The position numbers were made by a program, and so were the translations under genes. Below the pieces are notes generated by a model. It saw only the letters and a list, made by a program, of their open reading frames with translations. It was not told where the DNA came from and made no database searches. Source: Chiloscyllium plagiosum (Eukaryota). Taken from it: a DNA stretch of 30,248 nucleotides. Location of the stretch: contig NC_057749.1 in NCBI RefSeq assembly GCF_004010195.1, positions 23,073,886 to 23,104,133 on the forward strand, read 5' to 3'. Shown here piece after piece: positions 21,727 to 30,248 of this stretch (within the stretch, counting starts at the first letter, position 1; every line of letters begins with the position of its first letter).

Positions 21727-21838
21727 ATGCAGTGGCAGTGTTCCTATCTCTGAGCCAGGGAGTCTGGACTCAAGGGATTCTATATCTAAAGCTGGGTCCC
21801 ATCTACTCCAGAGATTTGTAGCAACATTTCTGAACACA
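21727..21838 (+). mobile_element. Short tRNA-like SINE
   Basis: GCAGTGGCAGTGTTCCTATCTCTGAGCCAGG..CTCCAGAGATTTGTAGCAACATTTCTGAACA; related pieces at about 5750-5785/6085-6105 (+) and 28024-28112 (-). Confidence 0.5.
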
Positions 21839-21944
21839 GTTAAAAATCACACAACACAAGGTTATAGTCCAACAGGTTTTCTAGCTTCCAATGTGTGTTT
21901 TTTAACTTTGTACACCCCAGTCCAACACCAGCTCCTCCAAATCA
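21838..21944. mobile_element. Penelope-derived terminal fragment (second family), partially inverted
   Basis: GTTAAAAATCACACA..TGTGTTTTTTAAC inverted arms; related to 27184-27281. Confidence 0.6.
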
Positions 21945-22159
21945 TTTTCTACTCAGCCTATTCAGAAATATCTCCCACTCCTCCGATGCCAAATACAGTC
22001 ACCAACCAAACAGGTTTCTCATCTGTGCTACTTTATGGAAGATTGAAGATTTAGATGCACATTAATGAATGGGAATAGAAACTTGAGTGTAATTTCATTG
22101 TAAAAAAAAACACAGTATATAACCCAATCTGGGCAAATGTTACCAATTATAGCGGGTAA

Positions 22160-22311
22160 AGAGTGGAGCTGGAAAAGCACAGCAGGTCAAGCAGCATCAG
22201 CGGAGAGTGGGAGTCGATGTTTCAGGTCGGAACCTTTCATCAGGTCGTTTTTTCCAGCTCCACGTTTTATCCACAACTGATTCTCCAGCATCCGCAGTCC
22301 TCACTACTCCA
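22160..22311. mobile_element. Penelope-derived inverted terminal fragments with hammerhead-like core
   Basis: GTGGAGCTGGAAAA versus TTTTCCAGCTCCAC inversion; minus strand CTGATGA-A-AGGT-TCCG-ACCT-GAAA at 22243-22220; flanking TTACCAATT duplicated. Confidence 0.75.
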
Positions 22312-22699
22312 ACTTTTACCAATTGTCTCCCAAGTAGAAAGCGCATCTTTCACATTCCATCAGCATGTCACATAGTGTATTTCATTACAATTACTCCAAT
22401 GCAAAGCTTATCCTGCAGTGGAGGCCTTCTGACACCAGTGCCGCTGCACACCGACTGCAGTCTAAGACAAGTCAACATGGTACAAGTTTAAAAATAGTAC
22501 AGCAGTGAACTGAATCACCTTTAAGGTCCATCAATTAAAAGAACTGATACAACAATGAGCTCTCATCTAACTTGACAAATATTCAACAACCAAAGGCCAG
22601 TCAGCAGTACCTGCAACCACTATCACTCAGTGCTATCTATTTACACCACTTTTAAAAACTGGTACCATCTGCAGCACTTATAATTAGAGTGAAAGAGAG

Positions 22700-22975
22700 A
22701 ACTTTCATATCCTCAGAATGTCCAATGGCACTTTATGGTCAATTACTTTTTGACATATGGTGTTGTGTGAGCACACTAGGTAGCTATGATGCTGTTTATG
22801 GAGCTGGTTGTTTGCAATGAGATGAAGATTATGAATCAATTTTTGCATTTCAAGAGAACTCCCCTGCTTAAGCAATGTCAATCTAAGTCAGCAGATACTG
22901 CCTACATTGAATAGCTCACCCTTAAAGAATAGTACCTCTAGCCATTTAGCACTCTCTCTATATTGCACGAAAATG
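22700..22975 (-). mobile_element. Deu-domain-like SINE (SacSINE1-like), decayed
   Basis: CCTCAGAATGTCCAATGGCACTTTA..GAGAACTCCCCTGCT..AGCACTCTCTCTATATTGCAC. Confidence 0.55.
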
Positions 22976-23478
22976 GCATATAGATTACATGATCATCACA
23001 TCCCATAGTATGCTGGTTATGTTGCTGAACAAACAGCTGACGAATGCTCTCAGGATAAGTACTACATGGCTGTCAATCGATGCTCACCTGCTGTTCTCTG
23101 GTCTCAGAGGTAGATGATCATATCCCACTCCAAAAGACTCAAGCTCAGAATCTAGGTGGAGTACTTTAGTTAATCATTTAGAATGTAAGAATGAGAGTGA
23201 GAGTAGGCAATTCAGCTGTTTGAACCTGCTCTACCATTGATCATGACTGATCCCCTCAACTCCACTTTCCTGCCCACTCACCATTATCCTTCATTTTATG
23301 AATTTAAAATGTGTCTATCTCCTCCTTGACTTACTCAATGTCTCAGCATCCATCACGCTCTGGGATAGTGAATTTCACAGCTTTACACCCTTTGAGAAAA
23401 GTAATTTCTCCTCATTTCTGTTTGAGTTCTGTTACCCCCTCATCCTATAACCATGACCTCTCATTCTAGATTGCCCCA

Positions 23479-23932
23479 CATGGAATCCCTACAATGTGGA
23501 AGCAGGCCATTCTGCCCACAGTCCACACGTACAGAGTTTGGAGAAGAGTATCCCTACATACAGATGAGGAAGGACACCATTTTGACTGGGACAACACATC
23601 CATCCGAGGACAAGCCAAACAGAGACACACACGAGAATTCCTCAAAGCATGGCATTCCAACTGGAACTCCATCAACAAACACATCAACCTGGACCCCGTT
23701 TACTACCCTTTGGGAAAAACAACAGGAAGTGACATCACCAACACAGGAAATGGCATCACCAGCCCTAGGAAACCTAAACCAGAGGTTCACTGATGATGTT
23801 ACCTCGTATGGTGAAGAAATGTCTAAACACGAACCTTCCAGCTCAGTGAGCAAATTTACATCCAGATCCACATCTACCCTCCAAAGAGGCATCCCACCCC
23901 CCCCACCCTATCCCTGTTACCCTGCATTTCCC
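23479..23932 (-). mobile_element. HE1 SINE 3' part, split by a Penelope insertion
   Basis: ATGGAATCCCTACAATGTGGAAGCAGGCC..GTCCACAC, then resumes TCCACATCTACCCTCCAAAGAG..CCTGCATTTCCC. Confidence 0.8.
23530..23866 (+). mobile_element. Penelope-like element 3' end (GIY-YIG C-terminus plus hammerhead-like motif)
   Basis: ORF 23494-23793 (VSLHTDEEGHHFDWDNTSI..REFLKAWHSNWNSINKHINLDPVY); CTGATGA-T-GTTACC-TCGTAT-GGTGAA-GAAA-T-GTC at 23790-23823. Confidence 0.88.
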
Positions 23933-24504
23933 TTGTCCCCTCTCGATGTCTACTTTTTGAATCCCCTTTTGGGAATTTGTTATGTTCCGATTCATGAGAT
24001 TCTAATATACATAAATTGGCTGTCACATTTCAAATTTATGACTGCACTTTGACAGAACTCAACTGTGAAGTGCTTTGGGAAGTCCTGAAGTCATAAATAA
24101 ATAAGATACAAGGATTCTGGGTTGGGACCCTATCATCGATGTCAAATAGAAATGGAGCAGATAGGTAGCAGTAACTTTCCCTAAATTAGATTACGAGGAC
24201 TCTCGAAAGGGGAAACCAAACAGAAGGCCTCCCCATTCCGGTACACAGCACCATTGCAGATAAAGAGATGTCCTCTTAGCAAATTAAACTCTTTTCAATT
24301 GAAGAAATGCTCACAATTGACGGGCCAATGTAGAGGAGAAACATCTAGATTGGGCCACCTCCACCCACTCCTGTAGCCAGCTTAACTGGGGAGGGCCTCA
24401 AAGCCTGACTGAAGTCCACCTTAAATGAATGACAAGCAAGCGATCTTTCACTTGCCAGCCAGTGTCATGAATTAAGGCCTTCCCCTCCCTCCGTATCCAA
24501 ACGG

Positions 24505-24690
24505 ACAGCACTCTCACCTTCATGTTGGAAGAATGCGGGCTCAAAATTCAAATCCAGGTTTTGGATGTTAAAAGTAAGGCCGACACCCTAGTGCCAAACT
24601 CCACCAAAACCGTACGAGACGGATGCTGTGTTTTGAATGGGATGTTAAAATGACATCCGTTATCTGTTCTCTCAGCTGACCTCAAACCCT
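24505..24690 (+). mobile_element. Deu-domain-like SINE fragment, decayed
   Basis: AGCACTCTCACCT..GGCCGACACCCTAGTGC..GATGCTGTGTTTTGAATGGGATGTTAAA. Confidence 0.45.
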
Positions 24691-24794
24691 TCTGACTCAG
24701 AGGTGAGATGTTCCCACTGCTTAGAAATCCTTCCCCACACTTGTTCTCCACTTGCAAACAGACTTTAATCTCTCCTCGTGCTCCTTGAATTCTG

Positions 24795-25128
24795 GCCCCA
24801 CTCCAGATACTGGGGCACAAATTCACAGCTGACGGTCCACAACAGTGCTCTGGCACTGTCAGAGATACATCTCTCAGACGAGGACATTAAACAATGTTTG
24901 CCCTCGCAGTGGGATATGAAAGCTCCCACAGCACAATTTTAAAGGCACAGAGGAGACATCTCAAGCATTCTGACCACTACTAATATATAAAGCAAAAGCC
25001 ACACAAAATATCACTGCTTATTGATGTTTGTAGTGTACATATATTACTTTCCACTTCACACTTCAAAAGCATCTCAGTGGCTACTGAAATATCCAGTGAT
25101 CAGGAAAGGCACTAAATAAAGTGTAAAA
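24795..25128 (+). mobile_element. Deu-domain-like SINE, decayed
   Basis: CCCACTCCAGATACT..GCACTGTCAGAG..CAGACGAGGACATTAAAC..CACTTCAAAAG..GAAAGGCACTAAATAAA. Confidence 0.6.
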
Positions 25129-25704
25129 TGGTTTTCTTAATAAGTGCGGGTCGTTTTTTCTTTAAATATTGGCTCATCATCCATGTTTTAAGAACAAAGA
25201 AAAAGGCCGCAGCCCTTTTCCTCCCTCACGGCTGAAAGTGCTAACGACTGAGTGGTAGAAAATAATCTGGAGTTAAAATTCATTGCAGCAATTGCTGCAC
25301 GTTGTGTAGAGATTACAAAACATCAGAAATAAACTGCAAGATGAAACTTGCTCTTTATATCAATGGACTCACTGTCACATCATGTGTATTCAATAAAATG
25401 CCTTTTTATTCTTTCCGATTAACATGTCAAACATTGTAGAATCTAACATAAATATTGCATATTTAGTCTCCTCTTGTTATTAAGCACCAATCTGGTTGTC
25501 ATTTTTATGTCAAACTTATAAATTTCAAATAAATTTACCAATAAGATCTCACCCAGTCTATCCCAGTGAGAGGAACTGTTAAGAGATAAATGATTTGCGA
25601 TGGAACTAGTGCAGAAAGGCAAACTAGAACACTTCAGTATGGTTAGGAATTACACTCTGAGGAGAAAGGGGACTCTCTGAACAGGACCGACAGGCTTAAT
25701 TCTT

Positions 25705-26285
25705 AAACAAAAACAGAAATTGTTGCAAAAGCTCAGCAGGTCCGGCAGCATAGAGTCATAGAGATTGTACAGCATGGAAGCAGACCCTTCAATCCAACTA
25801 GTCCATGCTGACCAGATACCCCAACCTAATCTAGTTCCACCTGCCAGCACCCGGCCCATATCCCTCTAAATCCTTCCTGTTCACGTCCCCATCCAGATGC
25901 CTTTTAAATGTTGTAGTTGTACCAGCCTCCATCATTTCCTCTGGCAGTTCATTCCATACACTCACCACCCTCTGCATGAAAAAAACGTTGTCCCTTATGT
26001 CGCTTTTATATCTTTCCCCTCTCGCCCTAAACCCATGCCCTCTAGTTCTGGACTCCCCCACCCCAGGGAAAGACCTTGCCTATTTACCCTATCCATGCTC
26101 CTCATGATTTTATAAACCTCTATAAGGTCACCCCTCGGCCTCTGACGTTCCAGGAAATCTGTGGAGAGAAATCAGAAATTGCTGCAAAACTGATTTCTGA
26201 TTTCTCTCCACAACTGCTGCCAGACCTGCTGAGCTTTTGCAGCAATTTCTGTTTTTGTTTTAGTTACAGTATCCGCAGATCTTTC
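25705..26285. mobile_element. Penelope-derived foldback (68-bp arms), left arm split by CR1
   Basis: 25705-25749 joined to 26157-26179 is the reverse complement of 26193-26260 (64/68 by eye). Confidence 0.85.
25749..26156 (-). mobile_element. CR1 (HER1-like) 3' end
   Basis: ORF 25831-26061 (GESRTRGHGFR..QRVVSVWNELPEE..FKRHLDG); CATAGAGTCATAGAG tail. Confidence 0.93.
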
Positions 26286-26353
26286 AATTCTCCATTTTTA
26301 ACTTGTTTCAAACTACAGCCAACACCTTGTGCCGTTATCACAAAGCAAGCGGA

Positions 26354-26371
26354 CTCTCTCTCTCTCTCTCT
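26354..26371. repeat. (CT)9 microsatellite
   Basis: Directly visible. Confidence 0.9.
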
Positions 26372-27183
26372 GTGTTTCTCAATTATGTTCTTCTGCCTGT
26401 CAATTAAAACTTCTTTTTAGATGTCAGGACCAGTTCATTAGTTTGAAAATAATTATTTGGAAGTGAAGACTTACATAATGCAACAGATATCACAGAAACA
26501 GAGCCACGGAGAGAGCAGCTCGCGGTTTGCAAACAGCTCCAGAGAAAGACCATAATAATTTACACCAAGTGTTTACCTCAAGGAATCGATTTTTCAAAAG
26601 CAAACATTATTTCCCTCCCCGCCAATATATCAACAATATTGTCAGCAAATGTATTTTTTTTAGATCAGTTTCACATTAAAGCATCACCTGAGGTTGAAAA
26701 GAACGTAAAGCTCTGGTTACTAAACAGATTCTTCATAAATTTAAATATGCAGAATTAAGAAACGAGTGGTTTCCTTTGGGTTCGGTGGATTTCCCTGGTT
26801 GTCAGAATTATTCAGTTTTCTTTAAAATCAGGGCACAAGTGTTGACCCTACAATATCCCCTGGACCGACCTTCCCTTCACATCTTGGTCTCATGTTGCTC
26901 TGTATAAATGTAGCCAAACAGGCCACCAGAAACCTTCCTGGGTTTCAAAGAGAAAGAGAGATTAGAAAGGTGGGATTCAGAATCCATAAAAACGCCCCTC
27001 TAGAAAAAGCTGACTAGAGGATGAAATGCCCGAAATCGTGCGAATAAAATGTTTATATTCACAGAGTGCGTCAAAACAGAAATCCGTCAAACTCATCCCA
27101 GGAAGAAATTAAAACATCACGCTGCGTTAAATCGATCGATTTACACAGTACATAGTTCTCTTCACTATTTCCTCTCTAATGCA

Positions 27184-27281
27184 TGATGTGGGGGTGTAGG
27201 TGTTGGACTGGGGTGAACAATTTTTTTTAAAAAAAAAGTTAAATTATATAACCTGGTGTTGTGTGACTTTTAAACTTCGTC
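27184..27281. mobile_element. Penelope-derived terminal fragment (second family), inverted pieces
   Basis: GGTGTTGGACTGGGGTG and TATAACCTGGTGTTGTGTGA are reverse complements of parts of 21838-21944. Confidence 0.6.
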
Positions 27282-27880
27282 CTCTGTATTCGACTGAGCT
27301 AAAACTTATCCGAGTGAACAGAACAACTGAGTGGGACACTCCCAGCGCATGGATGTTCTTAAAATCCCCTTCAACCTGAGGCTCCAAACTGTGACTTTAT
27401 GTCCTTTGGAGATAGCAGTGTTTACAAACCGCTAATTGTAAATAGTCCCCCAGCAAATGCTGCAGCACACATTAGCTATCAGCCTGGTACGCATTACCCG
27501 CGCCGCCGCTTATCAGAGGGGCCCCGCTGTGCAAAAGTGGCTCCAAGATTTAAAGATGCAAACCCCGTTCTACCCCCACTGACTTGTGGAATAATTGAGA
27601 TTAATGGATTCATTGCCGCAAATACAGGCTTGTGTCGCAATTGTAGGCGTTTGCTTGGATCTTACTAAATGAAAAGTTGCTAGTCATCGAAGTGTGGCCA
27701 GCGATAATCTTGTACACTTGCTCGTTTTGTCGGGAGATGGCTATGAGGTAGCGCTTCGAGTGGGAGCCGAGTAATTTCGTATGCACTTGGCAATATCCAA
27801 ATTCTATGAAACAGCTGATGAAGAGATCGTATTAATTGCAGAAACCCGAGGTTTTTTCTCCCGTAAATAGATCACCTTAC

Positions 27881-27939
27881 TTCGCTTGGGGGTCTGATTT
27901 TAACCCATCCAGTGTATATGGTATTAGCCCCTACTTCAC
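27881..27939 (-). other. Weak candidate exon (59 nt)
   Basis: Donor GAA|gtaagg; acceptor gtctatacag|G has a poor pyrimidine tract. Confidence 0.15.
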
Positions 27940-28023
27940 CTGTATAGACTAACGTGCTAACAACTTCCTCATAGAGGCATTGACTAACTTCCACCGCCAA
28001 CAACAGTGTTCCAGATATTTCCT

Positions 28024-28112
28024 GAACGACCTGTTCAGAGATGTCATTGCACACCTCTGCAGCAGGTGGCCTCCTGGTCTAGAGGTGCGAGCATTACTAC
28101 TCTGCTACACGG
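28024..28112 (-). mobile_element. Short tRNA-like SINE
   Basis: Reverse similarity to 21727-21838 (ACCTGTTCAGAGATGTCATTGCACACCTCTG). Confidence 0.5.
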
Positions 28113-28125
28113 GTCCTAACAGCAG

Positions 28126-28608
28126 TGTCATAGAGATCTACTGCACAGAAAGCGCTCTTAATGTCCTCGCGGGTCAAAACCAACCAGCTAAATATCCCAT
28201 TTGCCAGCACTTGGCCCATAGCCTTGTGTGTCCTGGCATTGCAAGTGCACATCTAAATGCTTCTTCAATGACATGAAGGTTTCCGCCTCTCCCACCCGTT
28301 ACAGGCAGTCAGTTCCAGATTCCCACCATCCTAGGTGAGAAAGTTATTCCCTACATCCCCTCTAAGCCTCTGTCACAGAGTGACAGAACTCCTTACCTTA
28401 AATCTATATCCCCTGGTCAGTGATCCCTCCAGCAAGGGGAAAGGTTTCTTCCTGTCTGTGCCCCTCATCATTTCCTACATCTCAGTCATACCCCATCTCA
28501 ATCTCCTCTGCTCTAAATAAAACGACTTCAGTCTGTCCAACCTCTCTATAAGTGAGACTGTCCAGCCCAGGCAACATCCTGGTAAATCTCCTCTGCACCC
28601 TCTCCAGT
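28126..28608 (-). mobile_element. CR1 3' fragment
   Basis: GTCATAGAGATCTAC tail; CCAGCCCAGGCAACATCCTGGTAAATCTCCTCTGCACCCTCTCCAG; ERLDRL..LEQRRLR on the minus strand. Confidence 0.88.
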
Positions 28609-29449
28609 ACTCAAAACCCCGTTCCCTATGCAAAGCCTTTATTTGCAGGGGTTGAATAGGAGTTGTCTCAGATGGGGGAACAAACGTTGTGACCTGCAAT
28701 CACTGGTCGACCTGAATTTTAGAATATTCAGGATACTGACAAATATCAGGCCCTCAATCCCAGTCACAACATTAGCACATATTCCGCAGAGAATTTAAAA
28801 CAACATATCAACTTCACAACCTAAACAATCTTTATCCTGTAATTTATTTGCTTAAAACATTTTATTATACAGTTTCAATATCTTGAATGCTGTGTTCTTG
28901 TTAGTCCTTCAGTTAGTTATTACTTAACTACCTAACAGTTTCAAAATCTTATCCTTTAGTATTTCAACTTATTCTAGAACGCCATCACATTGTGGGCACA
29001 GGTAATTTGTTTGAAAAACGTTGAAATGAAAGAGGGACCGACTTTACGTCGATCCAGACCCCCAATGCTTTCACTCCCCAACACATCAAAAACAATGTTC
29101 ATATCCCAAACAGATCCACAAAGACATCCCAAGATTACCACAACCTTCCAATGGCAGTTATTGTAAACAATCATCAGCAAAATGCAACTTTATAATAAAA
29201 CAGCTAATACACAATTTACAAAGGGAGCGTATGTCAGAAAGTGCATGTAGACTTTTCAGTAAAATCACGGCATCAAACACACGCCCCATGAAGAGAGAGG
29301 GGGTAGTGCCCGGTCTCAATTAATATCATTGTTTACCGCTCAAAACACAGCAGCATCCAAGTCAACTCTCAGTCAGCCGCTTTGAGAATGGCAAGTGAGT
29401 TATAAACAGCATTACATTTGCAGACAAATCGCCCCATCAATTTGCAATC

Positions 29450-30248
29450 AACAGATTTTAAAGTGAAGAGTGTCGGCTGCCGGGTGAAGGATATTCAGTG
29501 ACAATGCAAGGTGCAGCCCAAATAGTTTGCATTGAATGGCCCGGGCTCCGATTTAGGACCAACCCAGGACTCCCATGGCTGTGAGAGGTTTCAGTTCTGG
29601 GAGCCGGAATCGCAATGAGTTGTCACTCATCTCCCCGACGTTAACCACAATGTAAATAAACCTCAGCCATCACCCCCCACCCGCCAGATGCAACAAACAG
29701 CAGGGGGGGCAGAGGGATGTGTTCGAAGCGGGCTCCGCTAGCGCCGTTCCCCCCGCTGTCATTGTACAACCTGAACCCGGCTGCTGCTCCTCCCTCCCTG
29801 GGGCCGCTCAGTGCCCGGGACTCGGGGCCACTCCACCGGACACAGAGGGAGGGCCGCACCGCTGCCCCTTCACTGAGTGTCAAGGGGGCTTCTCCACTTG
29901 ATCCGGGATAGATTCTGCCCACACACACCACCCTCTCTCCCCGGGATGGGCGCTGAGGAGGGGGGCGTCTCTGCAGACGGGCAGTACCCGAGGGGGCTGG
30001 GAAATGAGAGACATAACCTGACACTCCCCACCCCCTTCCCCCCAAATCCCAGACAGCACCCACTCCCCAACTGCGACACCCCATACCCCCCCTCCTCCCA
30101 CCATGACCCGGGACACATACCCCCTTTTCCAGGGGGTCTCTTAGCCCAAACAATACCCACCCTATACCCCACTCCCACCCCAAACTAGTCCCGGAACCCC
30201 CTCACCCACCCACTGCCCAGTAACCCGGCACCCCCTCACCCACACCAC
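29450..30248. promoter_or_regulatory. CpG/GC-rich island edge, strongly C-skewed; probably promoter-proximal
   Basis: Sharp rise in GC and CpG relative to the CpG-depleted remainder; dense C-runs at 29920-30248; runs off the window end. Confidence 0.55.

Larger units (their letters stand above)
23180..24000 (-). mobile_element. CR1 3' end (23180-23479, resuming about 23935-24000)
   Basis: GAGTAGGCAATTCAGC..CTCAACTCCACTTTCCTGCCC..GAGAAAAGTAATTTCTCCTCAT..CTAGATTGCCCCAC. Confidence 0.75.
23085..24105 (+). mobile_element. Deu-domain-like SINE, head (about 23085-23170) and tail (about 24010-24105) separated by nested insertions
   Basis: Head TCCCACTCCAAAAGACTCAAGCTCAGAATCTAGG; tail AAATTGGCTG..CTGTGAAGTGCTTTGGGAAGTCCTGAAGTCAT. 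Confidence 0.5.

Noticed and set aside
23453..24052. 199-aa + strand ORF
   Set aside because: It crosses CR1, HE1 and Penelope pieces in a non-native frame; chance read-through.
29641..30188. Overlapping Gly/Pro-rich ORFs on both strands
   Set aside because: Stop codons are scarce because of GC-rich low complexity; no recognisable domain.

Overview
Vertebrate nuclear DNA, very probably from a shark, since it carries HE1-type SINEs and HER1/CR1-type LINEs. It is intron-like or intergenic and contains a 500-N assembly gap at 17625-18124. Roughly half of the window is recognisable transposon debris: CR1 3' fragments (one with a readable RT domain), a second CR1/L2-clade LINE with a SINE that shares its tail, L2, Tx1/L1, Rex1/Babar, HE1, Deu-domain-like SINEs, one Tigger/pogo-like MITE and many short Penelope-derived pieces. 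I recognise no host protein-coding gene. The ORFs in the track that I could assign are TE remnants, antisense shadows of TEs, gap artefacts or low-complexity frames; the remaining short ones are unrecognised. The non-TE signals are a CpG/GC-rich, strongly C-skewed right end (promoter-proximal character for a minus-strand transcript) and several minus-strand splice-site-bounded segments that may be 5'UTR or lncRNA exons. The most notable observations are repeated hammerhead-ribozyme cores in the Penelope-derived pieces, inverted HE1 SINEs bracketing candidate exons, a foldback split by a CR1 insertion and a four-level TE nest. I cannot support a clearly new biological system from sequence alone. 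Family names are from memory and TE boundaries are approximate.
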